From positions 62,001 through 126,000 of the forward strand of contig NW_027191497.1 in NCBI RefSeq assembly GCF_011745625.1: DNA of 64,000 nt, in the 5' to 3' direction. This DNA is from Cladosporium halotolerans. Taxonomy: Eukaryota. Of this stretch, positions 45,829-58,500 are shown piece after piece. The position numbers and the translations under genes are program-made. How positions within the stretch are numbered: the stretch's first letter is position 1; each line of letters opens with the position of its first letter. Under the pieces are notes generated by a model. The model worked only from the letters and a program-made list of their open reading frames with translations. It was not told the origin of the DNA and searched no databases.

Positions 45829-46584
45829 ATGGTAACTACACTCGCAACATCTCCGGCTTCTCTACACGCCCTACTCCTACTCTCTGACTCAGCCCTTCCT
45901 CTCGGGTCTTTCGCCTTCAGCAGCGGCCTCGAGTCATTCCTTGGACACCGCAAGCAACCGACAGCGCAGCAAAAGAGCAAAGCCTTCAACATCTTCCTTG
46001 ACCACTCACTTGAGAACCTTGCGAGCACGGCTCTCCCGTATGTCCTCTCAGCCTACCACGACCCCAGCGTCCTACAAGACCTCGACAACGACGTGGACGC
46101 CAGCACGCCCTGCACCGTCGCCCGCCGCGCCAGCATTGCGCAAGGCAAAGCGCTACTGACCATCTGGGAGCGCGCTCTCAGCGCCGCCGCGACAGCTGAG
46201 CCAGCTGCAGAGGCCGTCAGCGCGTTCGCTAAAGCAGCAAAATCTTCCAAACCCGACGCCTCGGGCTTGCAGCTTATCAATGGCCATTTCCCGCCACTGT
46301 TCGGCGCCGTGGCTCGTGCGCTTGGCCTCGCGGAACAGGAAACATGCTACCTCTTTCTCCTTAATCATGCCAAAGCCATGCTCAGCGCAGCCGTACGAGC
46401 CAGTGTCATGGGTCCGTACCAGTCGCAGGCTGTGCTTGCTAGCGCGGCGTTGCAAGAGCATATCAATGACCTAATCCGAAGGTACAAGGGCCTCCGAGCT
46501 GGTGACGCGGCTGTGAGTGTGCCTGCTATGGATCTGTGGATGGGGCGTCACGAGCTTCTCTACTCACGGATTTTCAATTCATGA
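45829..46584 (+). CDS. ureF: Urease accessory protein UreF
   Basis: LLLSDSALPLGSFAFSSGLES, RRASIAQG, SAAVRASVMGPY and C-terminal RHELLYSRIFNS. Confidence 0.93.
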   Translation: MVTTLATSPASLHALLLLSDSALPLGSFAFSSGLESFLGHRKQPTAQQKSKAFNIFLDHSLENLASTALPYVLSAYHDPSVLQDLDNDVDASTPCTVARRASIAQGKALLTIWERALSAAATAEPAAEAVSAFAKAAKSSKPDASGLQLINGHFPPLFGAVARALGLAEQETCYLFLLNHAKAMLSAAVRASVMGPYQSQAVLASAALQEHINDLIRRYKGLRAGDAAVSVPAMDLWMGRHELLYSRIFNS

Positions 46585-46741
46585 TGGTTCGTCATTTGGA
46601 CTTGGCTACGCTAATTTTGGTTCGCTTTCGCCCTCCAAATTTTCCGCCGTATACTATGTCATGCTATGCTGGGTATCTCAATGTTCAACAAACTTGTATC
46701 GGCTGGCGGGCTTCTTCCCTCAATCTCACAGCACTGGCCTT

Positions 46742-48286
46742 CTACCTCGCCGCTCCGATGGCGCTCCTGCCCTTCCTCCTCGCCGGGCCGAGGCCGGATC
46801 TGACTTCGTCGAGCTGCTCCATACCGGTCTGAGGGCCGAAACGCTTGAGCTTGCGACTGGCTTTGCCGCTCACTGAGTGGTTGCCGAGGAAGTCATCCAT
46901 GATGCTGTCGAAGTCGGAGCGTTGCAGCTGTGGCGCCTCGCTGTCTGTGGCCCGGCTGTAGGAAGAGATACCGCTGACGCCACTCATGCCAGACATTTGG
47001 CTGTACTTGCTCATTCTCGACGCTTTCGACATGCCGGTCATGCCGGAGGCTGTGGACATGGTGTCGTTCATCGGGCCCATTTCGTCGTCTTCCATCTCTT
47101 CGGCGATGGTGTACGCTTCCTCGAGCTTGTCAAAGCGGTCGTCGAGCAGGTTTTGCTGATCTGTGCGAACCAAGGCGGAAGAGGACATGGAGTAGTTCGA
47201 GGTGGATGTCTTGGCACCCTTGCGCTTCTTTCCGGGGCGGCTGGCAAGGGACGACACCATGGAGGCATCGAAAGCAGAGGGAGCAGCCTTAGCTTCCTTG
47301 CCGGCTTCCTTGTTGGCTTTCGCCTCGTGCTTGAACTTCTTGAACTCGTCGAGCCAGGCACCTTCTGTGGGATCGGCAGGCAGCGCAGCTTGCGTGTCGG
47401 AAGGCGGTGCGATCAGCTCGCCGTCTGCTGGTTGTGGCACGTTCAGTTTTGGTGGCGGACTCGCAGCTCTGATAGTGTCGTCGCTCTCCCAACCATCATC
47501 CAGTTCGCCTTCGCCCGCTTCAAACATTTGCTGCTCGCCCAGTCTCTCCCACTCGTCTTGTTCAATTTCCCTACCTTCTTTCACCAAATCGCCAAAGAAG
47601 TCATCCTCGTCGTCCACATAAGCGTCATCATTCAGTGCCTCCAACGTCTCACGCAATCGAGGGTCCATGTCAGGCTGGAAACCTGCAATAGCGTCTGGAA
47701 TATCCTGTTGGTCTTGATACGTCCGCCTCCGGACAAACTCGCTCGGCAGGACGTCTTCGGGCAGCAGGCTTCGTGCCGCACTGCTCGCCATGCTGCTCTG
47801 TCCAACACTCTGTGCATCGTCGAAGCGACCTCCGGCGTTGCTCCCGATATCCATGTCCCTCAGCGCATCCTCAAGCTTTTGCTTCCCCTTCTGCTGCTTG
47901 GCCGGCTGTGCCTCGATCCACGCAACCGGGCCGTCTCCAGAGCCCAAGTCTTTCATGTGCTGCATATAGTCGTACTGCGTGTCGTCGTAGAAGACGCCGT
48001 GCTGTGCCGCCTCGCCCTCATTCGGTCGGAAGCTCATGCCAAATTCCTCTTCCAGGTCGCCGCGCTGCTTGCCTCTCCTCGACACGCCTGAAGTACCGGA
48101 CACCATGGAGGCGCCGGAGGAGGAAGGCAGGTCGCTGTCGTCGTCTTGGCCGCGGTGGCGCGACACCTTTTCGGTGAAGACCATAGAGGGAGCATTTTCA
48201 TCGTTGATGAGCGGATCATTTTGGGCGCGGTGAACGAGCGTGAAGGTCGTCGCCGTCTTTTTGTCGAACTTGCGACGGGGAGGCAT
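46742..48286 (-). CDS. LTV1: Pre-40S ribosome assembly factor Ltv1
   Basis: MPPRRKFDKKTATTFTLVHRAQNDP, GEAAQHGVFYDDTQYDYMQH, GFQPDMDPRLRETLEAL, SMSSSALVR and LDDRFDKLE. Confidence 0.92.
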   Translation of the reverse strand: MPPRRKFDKKTATTFTLVHRAQNDPLINDENAPSMVFTEKVSRHRGQDDDSDLPSSSGASMVSGTSGVSRRGKQRGDLEEEFGMSFRPNEGEAAQHGVFYDDTQYDYMQHMKDLGSGDGPVAWIEAQPAKQQKGKQKLEDALRDMDIGSNAGGRFDDAQSVGQSSMASSAARSLLPEDVLPSEFVRRRTYQDQQDIPDAIAGFQPDMDPRLRETLEALNDDAYVDDEDDFFGDLVKEGREIEQDEWERLGEQQMFEAGEGELDDGWESDDTIRAASPPPKLNVPQPADGELIAPPSDTQAALPADPTEGAWLDEFKKFKHEAKANKEAGKEAKAAPSAFDASMVSSLASRPGKKRKGAKTSTSNYSMSSSALVRTDQQNLLDDRFDKLEEAYTIAEEMEDDEMGPMNDTMSTASGMTGMSKASRMSKYSQMSGMSGVSGISSYSRATDSEAPQLQRSDFDSIMDDFLGNHSVSGKASRKLKRFGPQTGMEQLDEVRSGLGPARRKGRSAIGAAR

Positions 48287-48704
48287 TTTGGCGGTGTTTG
48301 TTTGATTTCCCTTGGTTTTCAGCCGTCCAGTGCTTCCAGAATATGGCCTGCTTCTCAAGAGAAATTGCCAGGCGAAAGAAAAATTGGGCTAAAGGTCCGG
48401 CTGACTCTCTAATTTCCACCTGAATGTCCCACAGGCACGAGGAGGAAAAAAAGCCGATCGCATTCTTGGCGGGGTCTCGAGTGACGCCAGCGGGGCAGGG
48501 CAGTTTTGCGACAAGTCCTTCAGAATTAATCATCACTGCCGCCAGACTCATACCACCCACCCAGCTACAAATAATTCTTTGAAGTGTGCTGTGCCTGGTA
48601 CCAGGAGTCAGTCTTGCACATTATATATTCCACCGCCGACAGGGCAATCTCAAGAAGCGAAAATACTGGATCTGGTGCACGACTAAACTCACATATTCGG
48701 AAAG

Positions 48705-50816
48705 ATGGGTCTTCCCAAGAGCAAGAACACGGTCGGTCTCGGCAACTCGCTGATGAACGACCGTTTCGGCAAGGGAAAGAAGAGCAACATGCACCGCGGT
48801 GGTACCGCACCTGACAAGGGCGGCAAAGGAGGAATCAAGCGCATGGATATGCAGGGTAACGAATACATTACGAACGAGGCGAAAGAAGATGACTGGGTGA
48901 AGATGCGCTCAATCACTGAGCAGGGCGCGCTCGACGAGTTCTTGTCTACCGCTGAGCTGGCTGGCACGGACTTTACGGCGGAGAAGATGAACAACGTCAA
49001 GATCATTCACAGAGATCAGAAGAACCCTTACCTGCTTTCAGCAGCTGAGGAGCGTGGTGTGATGAAGAAGCAGAACGCAAAGCGCGCCCGTCTGACCATT
49101 CCCAGACGGCCGGCGTGGGACAAGAACATGACTGCCCAGGAGTTGCACAGGCGCGAGAAGGAGGCCTTCCTCGAGTGGCGAAGAAACCTCGCAGAGCTAC
49201 AGGAAATTGACGACCTACTCATGACACCGTTTGAGCGTAACTTGGAAGTCTGGAGGCAGCTGTGGCGTGTCATTGAGCGATCAGACTTGATCGTGCAGAT
49301 TGTCGACGCGCGCAACCCGCTGATGTTCCGAAGTGCAGACTTGGACAGCTATGTCAAAGAGGTGGATAAGAAGAAGCGCAACCTGCTTCTAGTGAACAAG
49401 GCAGACATGATGACATTGGAGCAAAGAACTGCGTGGGCGGAGTATTTCATGGAACACGGCATCAACTTCCGTTTCTTCTCCGCAGAGCTGGCGAAGGAGA
49501 TCAACGAGGCGAGAGGCAGCGATGACGAGGACGAGCCTATTGACAATGAGAGTGAAAGTGAAAGCGAAGAAGAGTCGGATGAAGAGGAAGGCTTGTCCGA
49601 CATGGACAGCCGGGACGGTCTTGATGACGAAGATGTGGAGGAAGAGCTTCACGAGGACGTCAAAGCTGTTCAAAAGAAGCAGCGCAAGGTCGACTTCAAG
49701 GAGCAGCAAGATAAAGACAGTCAATGGGTGGACGAAGAGAACGTCGACGCACCTCCGCCAATGGACGTGCCGATCTCGGTAGAGGAGCAGACTAGGATCT
49801 TAACGACAGAGGATCTCGAGGCACTGTTTTTGAAGCACTCTCCTAAGATTCCGAAGACGGAGCAGGAGCCCGGAAAGCCGGCACGCAAAACCCAGATTGG
49901 TCTCGTGGGTTACCCTAACGTCGGTAAATCTTCGACCATCAACGCTCTCTTGGGCGCAAAGAAGGTTTCGGTCTCTGCGACGCCTGGTAAGACAAAGCAT
50001 TTCCAGACTATTCACCTGTCGGACAAGGTCGTACTCTGCGATTGCCCCGGTCTGGTCTTTCCCAACTTCGCGAACACAAAGGCCGAGCTCGTGTGTAACG
50101 GTGTTCTGCCGATCGACCAGCTCCGCGAGTACTCCGGTCCTGGCGCCCTTGTCGCGCAGAGAATTCCACAGGCGTTCCTCGAGGCAGTTTACGGCATGAA
50201 GATCCAGACCAGGCCTATCGAAGAGGGTGGTACTGGCTTCCCGACAGGTGAAGAGATGCTGCGTGCCTACGCTCGTGCAAGAGGTTTCGCGACTCAAGGT
50301 CTTGGTCAGCCTGACGAAAGCAGAGCCGCCAGATGGGTCCTCAAGGACTACGTTAAGGGTAAATTGCTCTTCTGTCAGCCGCCGCCCGCAGACCCACCCA
50401 TAGACCCTCACCACTTCAACCGCGAGCTCTACGACGCGGCGCATTTGCCTGAGAAGCGCCGCGCTGCACTCGCCGCCAGCGTGGAAGCAGCAATGAGACA
50501 ATCGAACAACCCCTCGCTAATGGACGACCCGGACATTATCCCCATGCCACATGTGAGTGGTAACAAGGGCAGGAAGCTGGACAACCAGTTCTTCGCCGCT
50601 GGTTCGGGCAATGCTCGTCTCGAGCAGCCTTTCCATTACAAGTACTCTGAACAAGGCAAAGAGTTCAGCGGTCGTAAGCTCAAGACAATGACCGCTTTGG
50701 AGAAGGACATTGATCCCGCGGATGTGAAGAACTCGAAGAAGCATTTCAAGGGTAACAAGCGGGCAAACAAGTTCAACGTCAAGTACTCGAACAAGAGTCA
50801 GAACGATTATGAGTAG
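48705..50816 (+). CDS. LSG1: Large-subunit GTPase Lsg1
   Basis: TPFERNLEVWRQLWRVIERSD, DARNP, NKAD, GLVGYPNVGKSSTIN, TPGKTKHFQT and DCPGLVFP (circularly permuted GTPase). Confidence 0.95.
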   Translation: MGLPKSKNTVGLGNSLMNDRFGKGKKSNMHRGGTAPDKGGKGGIKRMDMQGNEYITNEAKEDDWVKMRSITEQGALDEFLSTAELAGTDFTAEKMNNVKIIHRDQKNPYLLSAAEERGVMKKQNAKRARLTIPRRPAWDKNMTAQELHRREKEAFLEWRRNLAELQEIDDLLMTPFERNLEVWRQLWRVIERSDLIVQIVDARNPLMFRSADLDSYVKEVDKKKRNLLLVNKADMMTLEQRTAWAEYFMEHGINFRFFSAELAKEINEARGSDDEDEPIDNESESESEEESDEEEGLSDMDSRDGLDDEDVEEELHEDVKAVQKKQRKVDFKEQQDKDSQWVDEENVDAPPPMDVPISVEEQTRILTTEDLEALFLKHSPKIPKTEQEPGKPARKTQIGLVGYPNVGKSSTINALLGAKKVSVSATPGKTKHFQTIHLSDKVVLCDCPGLVFPNFANTKAELVCNGVLPIDQLREYSGPGALVAQRIPQAFLEAVYGMKIQTRPIEEGGTGFPTGEEMLRAYARARGFATQGLGQPDESRAARWVLKDYVKGKLLFCQPPPADPPIDPHHFNRELYDAAHLPEKRRAALAASVEAAMRQSNNPSLMDDPDIIPMPHVSGNKGRKLDNQFFAAGSGNARLEQPFHYKYSEQGKEFSGRKLKTMTALEKDIDPADVKNSKKHFKGNKRANKFNVKYSNKSQNDYE

Positions 50817-51033
50817 GATAGAGGACTCTCCATATTTTTAAGTCAGCTTGACGCATCGACTCTTCGTTTCTTGGTGCAGTAACTCCATACTGTTCGTGTC
50901 AAAAGTTCAAGATCTCAAAACGGCTCGCTTGCACCTTGCGAATCCCCATTTGGGCGGAAGTGAAACAGCGTACTCAACACATTAGCCACAATGCCCTGCA
51001 ATCTTGTCGTCTCCCTTCTCTAAAAACCTAACT

Positions 51034-51685
51034 TCACCACCCAAACATCGGCACGCCCGCCGCAGCCCCAGGCCTCCCCAACACCGCCCTCAGCGGCATC
51101 TCCTGGTACTGCCCGTACTTCTCATTAATCTCCTCCTCGCCCCACTCGCGTTCCGGTTCCGTGCCTGCATAGTGGCCCTGCGCATCGTGCCGGAAGTGTC
51201 GCAGGTACTCGCCGCGCGGCATCTTGACGGCCTTGTACGTGTCGCGGTCGGGCTGTGAGAGCACGCGCGTGCTCATGCGGCGGAAGAAGTTGCGAGGCGG
51301 AGGGCTAGGGTACGTTAGTGAGATGAGGTGGCAATGGAGATTGGGGGTTGAAGAGAGATGTAACTCACCGGTCGGGTAAAGGGTCGTCGAAGGAGTCGCG
51401 GCGCTGCTGCTTCTTGGTCACCCGCACGGTGACGATGATAATGTCGTCGTCGCTAGGCGGGTTTGCAGGATCGCGCTCGAAGATGACGCCGGCGCTGAGG
51501 AAGCCGCCTACTGAGCGGGTGCGGACGCCGTGGAGGGTGGGTTGGTGAGTCGGAAGGGAGGCGCGGCGACCTTCCTGGGGTGAAGGTGGCGATGTGGATG
51601 TCGTGGAGGCGCGGCGCGGAGGTGGCGGGAAGTTATCGTAGGCTGCGGCATAGGACGACATTATGCGTGAGTGGAGAGGCTCCAT
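51034..51685 (-). CDS. Hypothetical protein
   Basis: Exons 51685-51369 and 51304-51034 join in frame across a GTGAG...CTAAC...TAG intron. Protein-like C-terminus YKAVKMPRGEYLRHFRHDAQGHYAGTEPEREW. Confidence 0.7.
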
Positions 51686-52371
51686 GGCGTTGTATGATTT
51701 TCTGAACTGTGTCGGTTTGGAGGTGAGGTCAGATATCTTGGAATGACATCCCTTGGCTGTGTGACAAGGTCTTTGGAATGCTTTTAATGCCACACTTCAA
51801 CAGTAGCGATGCACGCTCACGCGACCTTCAAGGTCGGAGTATGTTTGAACTCAAAGTCCTAGGACCGAGGAGCTGCTGCTAGTGATTGTCATCTGCATAA
51901 GCAATGCGAAGCTCACTGCAGCTCAAGAGGGTGAGTCAAACCGAAGCTGGAAAGCAAGAGATCAGCGTGCAGACTCACGTCAGGAGAGCAGGCCGTAAAA
52001 ACAAGAACCATGCACGTAGTTGGCTACCTGATAGTGACGTCGGCCAACCAGCGGCGGTGGTGTGACAGCAAGGTACCGGCATTGAGGTATAGCCCCACCT
52101 TTGACACGTGACCTCGCAATTCGCCAGGTACCAATTCATCTACATTTCTTTTCTTACAGCTAAGGCGATCCATCAGGCACCATATCCGAAGCCTACCTAG
52201 GCAGAACTTCTGCAAAGTCACAACAGTGGTGAGACTGAGATTTGATCTCGACAATCAAGATGTGCTGGATCTTCAATGCATAAAGGAATGCAACGTCTTT
52301 CGATGGACTAAAAAGGACTGGGTATCTCAATTAGCAAACTCGCGACGCCTCACCAATGAAATGACACATTA

Positions 52372-53538
52372 TCAATCCTCGTTCTCCGCTTGCCCGTAGA
52401 GAATCTCGCAGACGCCTCCAATGGGTATATCCATGACGGCATCCGTGCCTTCCGTCCACAAGTCCCTCCAATCCACGCCCGGCTCCAGTCCTACTCCCTT
52501 GTTCAAACTAGCTTGCCTGCTGTGCCCGCCGTATTTGCCTCGCCCACCCTTGCCTGCTCCACTTCGACTGCGATCCGGACTCTCGCTCCGCCAGCTCGGC
52601 TTCTCTTCTCGCACGAGTCGGCCTCGCGAGTCTATCATAGCGACGTTCGCCGCTTCGTCCACGAAACACTCTACCGAGCCCATAGGAATTGTCAAGTAGC
52701 CTGTGTTGTAACTCGCGAGCGCGACATAGATGTACACGACAAACATGACCGTCCACGCCGGTATCGCGAGCGCCCACCATCTATTCGGGTAATAGTATAT
52801 TCCTAGCGAGTGGAGGAAAGGCGACGGTAGGAAGGACCAGAGCAAGTAGACAACGAAGACGAGCGACGAGACGAGATACAGCGTGAAGCCATAGTACTCG
52901 TATGTCGGGACTTTCGGGCTGGCACGTGGGATGGGCTTCGCGGTGCGGAAGCTCGAGGTCAGCGTGCTGGCTGCGGCAGAGTTGGGAGTCTGTGAGCCAG
53001 TGCCGCGAGTGTGAGGTGTGCCGCCTTCGTCTGAGGAAGGATCTGGGGTGCCCGGTCGGCTGTTTTGGGAGCTGAAGTTGGGTCGCAGGAGTGAGGTGAG
53101 GGACGGTGATGGTGGAAGAGGTGTTGGTGGTCGATTGTAGAAGGGCGGTGCGAATGCAGAAGGTGCGAGGTATGTGTGACTGCGGGAGTGCTGGTGGTAG
53201 AACTTGTGTGCCGGAGGAAGAGAGGTGATGTGTCCGCTTTCTTCCTCTGATGCCTCCTCGTCTGAGGCCGAGTCGCCTGGAGAGAAAGTTCGGGCCTCAT
53301 GCGCGTCAAGGGCAAAGTCTTCGATCGATGCAGGCTCGGATGGAGAGGTTATGTCGTCTGGCGAGAGGAGGCCTTGGTCTGGCCGGGTATTGGTAGGTGT
53401 AGCATTTGCGGTGCTTGAGTCGCTGTTCTGGGCAGAGGTGATCGAGTGTAGGGTGGGAAGGTTCGGGGTGGATTTCGAGTATATGCCCGCCGGCTTGGAA
53501 GGCGGCTTGTGCGAGTCGCCTCGACTTTGGGGTGGCAT
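52372..53538 (-). CDS. GPI19: GPI-GlcNAc transferase subunit PIG-P/Gpi19 with long disordered N-terminus
   Basis: VPTYEYYGFTLY...WSFLPSPFLHSLGIYYYPNRWWALAIP...DAVMDIPIGGVCEILY. The start is taken at the first ATG. Confidence 0.88.
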   Translation of the reverse strand: MPPQSRGDSHKPPSKPAGIYSKSTPNLPTLHSITSAQNSDSSTANATPTNTRPDQGLLSPDDITSPSEPASIEDFALDAHEARTFSPGDSASDEEASEEESGHITSLPPAHKFYHQHSRSHTYLAPSAFAPPFYNRPPTPLPPSPSLTSLLRPNFSSQNSRPGTPDPSSDEGGTPHTRGTGSQTPNSAAASTLTSSFRTAKPIPRASPKVPTYEYYGFTLYLVSSLVFVVYLLWSFLPSPFLHSLGIYYYPNRWWALAIPAWTVMFVVYIYVALASYNTGYLTIPMGSVECFVDEAANVAMIDSRGRLVREEKPSWRSESPDRSRSGAGKGGRGKYGGHSRQASLNKGVGLEPGVDWRDLWTEGTDAVMDIPIGGVCEILYGQAENED

Positions 53539-53882
53539 TGTGTGTAGTGCCAATGGTGTCCAGTGTGGATAGGACTGGCCGTGGCCCAAGTTGGACGGGT
53601 GTGATGGGGTCGCGCGTGGGGGAGGCTCGCGTTGCGCCAGATTTCCCCACGCCTCATCTTCACCCCAGACATCAGTGACTTGAAGCCAACCAACCAAATC
53701 GTACGTCTTGTCATCAGTTGCAGAATACCATTTCGATCGGTCCAGTATCTCGATCTTCCCTGGATCCACAAATAGTAGAGAATACAAATCGTTCAATTCC
53801 CTGTGAACACTGGACGCAAAAGTTTGCAGAGGACGACGGCTCTTCTTCCTATACAAAAGAAGCATCCGGCCTGTCACGAAAC

Positions 53883-54926
53883 ATGAAGATCGCGACTCTG
53901 CAACTCGACTCCAAAATTCGGAATGTCACGACAAACATCGCCACTGCAGACTCCATCCTAGCATCTTCTCCGCCCCCTCCGGACCTTGACCTTCTGGTAC
54001 TGCCGGAACTGGCTTTCACAGGCTACAACTATCCTTCGTACGATTCGATCCAACCTTACCTTGAGCCCACAACTGCAGGCGCCACGACAAAATGGGCCAT
54101 CGCTACTGCCACACGCCTGAGGTGTCACGTAATCGTCGGATATCCTGAAATATCAACAGACATCGACGAGGATCGCCAACCTACGACGGATGGAGAGCCC
54201 GTACATAAACGATACAACTCCACAGTAACTGTCAGCCCAACTGGCGAAATCCTAGCCAACTATCGCAAATCTTTCCTTTACTACACCGATGAGAGTTGGG
54301 CAGCGGAAGGCCCTGCAGGCTTCTACTGCGACTCTCTCGGCTCATTGGGCAAGGTGGGCCTTGGTATCTGCATGGATATTAATCCTTACCAGTTTTCCGC
54401 GCCTTGGGACAAATACGAGTTCGCCACACATGTCTTGTCTGGTGGCGCGAAGTTGATCGTCATGTCCATGGCGTGGCTGACGACACTACCGAAGGAGGAG
54501 ATCAAGGTGCTCCCTGGCCAGCCTGCTTTGGAAACCGTAGGCTACTGGCTGCAACGGTTTGAGCCTGCGATCGAAGCGAGCAAATCTGGAGAGGACATCA
54601 CAGTGGTGTTCTCGAACAGGATTGGGATCGAGTGGAACGAAGTCAAAGAACTTACCACGAAGACTGGACAAGTTATTCCCCTAGGCGATGAAGTCTGTTA
54701 TGCTGGGAGCAGTTGCGCCATGAGATTCAGTAATGGAGAGGTCAGCATTTTGGATATGCTTGGAAAGGGAGAGGAGGGATTGTTACTTGTTGACACCGAT
54801 ATCGTAAGTCTTGTTGAAGACAGGAGTGCCTCAGCCAATTGAGCTAACGACCAGCAGCCTGCCAAGTACGCTTTGCGACTCAGAGAACGCATAACAACCA
54901 ACGAAGAAGAAGAAGATACAAGTTAA
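53883..54926 (+). CDS. NTA1: Protein N-terminal amidase (carbon-nitrogen hydrolase)
   Basis: LLVLPELAFTGY, YRKSFLYYTDESWA and GICMDINPYQF (E-K-C triad). Intron 54804-54854/54857 precedes a short last exon. Confidence 0.9.
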
Positions 54927-55485
54927 TAAACCGTTCACGATTACCGTCATTCTTCGTTTAAGCCATACCCTTTGCGGCCATCCATTGACGAAGTGCGACG
55001 CAGATCGGAACTTTTCCAACGTTCGATTCACTATTCCATGGCTTATGTCGCCTTCTCAATTCCTTAAGATTCTACTCGCGCAGAGTACAGCAGATAATGA
55101 GAGGTGCATCACACGCGTGGTGAAGATGGCTTCAAGTTGTCGTCTCAAGCAAAGCCCGACAGACTTTCAGCACACAAGACGAACTTCTTTAGCCGGCTAC
55201 TCCGGAATGCAGATCGCACCTGTCGTTCCGACTTTGCAGTCATCATTGAGTGCTCCACTCGGAATCAGATCCCACGAGGCTCCGATCATGGTCACAAATG
55301 TCTTTGCCAAGCATACCAAGTCGCCAAGTCTTGCTAATGAGCGGAGAATATATGGGGAATGGGGTGTGGAGGCGACCGACACCCCTCATGTGGTCCCGAC
55401 AAAATACGAGTAATCCTCAAAGATGGTTGGCGATGTTGCGAGTCGCGTTGACGTCGTCATGGTGGGCAGGGCATGGATGCGAAGA

Positions 55486-55493
55486 TATATAAA
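55486..55493 (+). promoter_or_regulatory. Possible TATA box of the GH2 gene
   Basis: TATATAAA lies about 70 nt upstream of ATG 55560. It could alternatively be coding (see findings). Confidence 0.45.
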
Positions 55494-55559
55494 TGCGCTC
55501 TACCTAGCGTGGGGTCTTAACGCAAGCCACACCCGGTCCTCCATTCGAGCACTGGCAAC

Positions 55560-58500
55560 ATGAGCGCTATGTCGAGCGTGTCAACCTTCCCAGGGTTTGT
55601 TCCTGATTGGTCCAACCTTGATGTCCTCCATCGGAACGAGGTCCCGGCTAGGGCTATCTTTTACAACTATGCTTCTGAGGCCGCCGCCTTGTCATTTAGC
55701 AAATCTGAAGCTGAATATGAAAGCCTGAACGGAGATTGGAAGTTCAACTACGCCGACTCCCCATTCGATGCTCCAGCATGGGATGAAGCTGAGTCGTGGG
55801 ATACCATTGAGGTCCCAGGTCACTGGCAGAGACAAGGATACGGACGCCCTCACTACACCAACATCCACTATCCTTTCCCGGTTTCACCTCCGAATGTGTC
55901 CTATCAAAATCCTACCGGCTCCTACTGGCGTCAATTCGAAGTTCCGGAGAAGTGGGATGGTCAGCACATCCGTGTTCGCTTCGAAGGCGTCGACAGCGCA
56001 TTCCACGTTTACGTCAACGGAGACGAGGTCGGATACAGTCAAGGAGCTCGCAACCCTGCGGAGTTTGATATCACCGAATACCTTTCACCTGGCCAAAGCA
56101 ACAACCTTTCTGCCCGGGTTTATCAATGGTCTGATGGGTCTTATCTCGAAGATCAGGATCAATGGTGGCTGTCCGGTATCTTCCGCGACGTGTACTTGAT
56201 GCCTTTCTCTGAATCCTCAATCCAAGACTACCAAATCGTGCCGCATGTTGCTGATGACTTCAAGTCTGGGTTCTTCAGCTTCAACATTACAACTGCCGGT
56301 GGCAACGGAACTGTCAGTGCAAAACTTCTCGCTCCGAACGGGGCGGAGCTTGAGACCTATGAAGGATCAGCGTCTGGAAACATTACCATGCAGGTCTCTG
56401 GGGGTGACTTCCACCTTTGGTCTGCCGAAACACCGACGCTCTACACGGTGGTTTTGAACTTAGGTGAACAGTACATCAGCCAAAAAGTCGGTTTCCACCG
56501 TATCGAACTCAGCGGTCCCAACATGCTGGTCAACGGTGAGCCTATCATCATCTACGGTGTGAACAGGCACGAGCACAACTCCGAGTCTGGCAGAACAGTC
56601 CCTTACGAGGCTATGCGTGCCGACATGATCCGCATGAAGCAGAGCAACATCAACGCCATCCGCGCTGCTCATCAACCCCACCACCCTGACTTCTTCGACC
56701 TTGCGGATGAGTTGGGCTTCTATGTCATTGCAGAGGCAGACTTGGAATGCCATGGCTTCAACGACATCAACGACACCGTCTATGGTGCTTCTCAGTGGAC
56801 CTCAAACAACACCGATTGGACCGGCGCCTACCTTGATCGTGCCGAACAACTTGTTGACAGACTGCGAAACCACGTCTCCATCATCATCTGGTCTCTCGGC
56901 AACGAGTGCTACTATGGTCAAAACCATGTCGAAATGTACAACTGGATTCACGAGACCGACCCCACCCGCCTTGTGCACTATGAGCCTGACCAGAATGCTA
57001 CATCGACCGATATGTACAGCCACATGTACCCATCACTCGAGGACATGGACGAGCAGATTAGTAATTTCACAGACAAATTCTACATCCTCTGCGAGTATGC
57101 CCACGCCATGGGCAACGGTCCCGGAGGTCTCGTTGAGTACGTCAACAAGTTCAGGACTGAGCCCCTCATCCAAGGTGGACTCGTGTGGGAATGGAACAAC
57201 CATGGTCTGAGGCACGAGCAAAATGGCACTGAGTTCTACGCTTATGGCGGTGACTTCGGCGACTACCCGAACGATGCCGACTTCATCATGGACGGTCTCA
57301 CCCTGTCCGACCACACGCCCATGCCATCTCTCTATGAGTACGCTAAGATCATTCAGCCTGTTGAGGTAAAGCTTTCCAACGATTCTACTCAGATGATGAT
57401 CAGGAACTGGTACGACTTCCTCGATTTGTCTCATCTGGATGCTTCCTGGCATATCGTTCGTGACGGCGGTGCCAACGCTTCTACTTCTACTCCACTCAAC
57501 GTCTCTGTCGCCGCGGGAGAAACCGTATCTGTTCCAGTTCCAATTAATCGCAACACTCTCGATTCCGAGGCTTGGCTGACGGTCGAGTTTGCTCTCAAGG
57601 AGGACCATGCCTGGGCTCCGGCAGGCCATGTTGTTGCCTTCGATCAGCTCTACCTTGAAGGCCCCATGGCTGGCCAGTCAAACAGCACTCTGCAGACACG
57701 CTCCTCTTTCGCGCTATCTAACCGCCAAACCGAAGTCAACATGACTCAAACAGGCAACCGAATCATGGTCCACAGCGGCGACTCGACCTTCGGCTTCGAC
57801 CTCGTCCGCGGCAACGTCACATGGACTTCCAACGGCGTTGACCTCTTCAACCGTGGCCCGGAGCTGTATTTCTACCGTGCCATGACGCAAAACGACAACG
57901 GCCAGAGCGGCGACGCCGAGTTCTGGAACGACGCCTGGGTCCACTCCATGCGCACTCAAGTCCGCGACGTCTTCTGGGAAGACACCGGCGATGCGCTCGA
58001 GGTCCGCTACAACGTCCGTGTCGCCCCTCAGGTCCTCGAATGGGGCGCGGAAGCAGACATCATCTACACGATCCCGCATGATGAAGGCGCGCTCTCCATC
58101 CACGCCCAAGGCGACTTCGTCGGCAACAACACGCCCGAGGTCCTCCCTCGCATCGGTCTCCTGACCCATCTCAACCAAGACTTCGACGATGTCGCCTGGT
58201 TCGGCCGCGGCCCAGGGGAGAATTACCCCGACTCGAAGCAATCCCAGCTTTTCGGCGAGTACTCGTCGTCCGTCGCCGAACTCTTCACCTATTACGACTA
58301 CCCGCAAGAGAACGGCAACCGCGGCGAGCTACGCTGGCTACAGATCGGCAACCCGAACGCAGGCCTTACGCTCGACGCGCGCATGGACGGCGAGCCGTTC
58401 AGTTTCACGGCCAAGCGCGTGTCGGACTACGACCTCAACGACGCGCAGCACCCGCACGACCTGCAGCAGCTGAACATGACGATCCTGAACCTGGACATGA

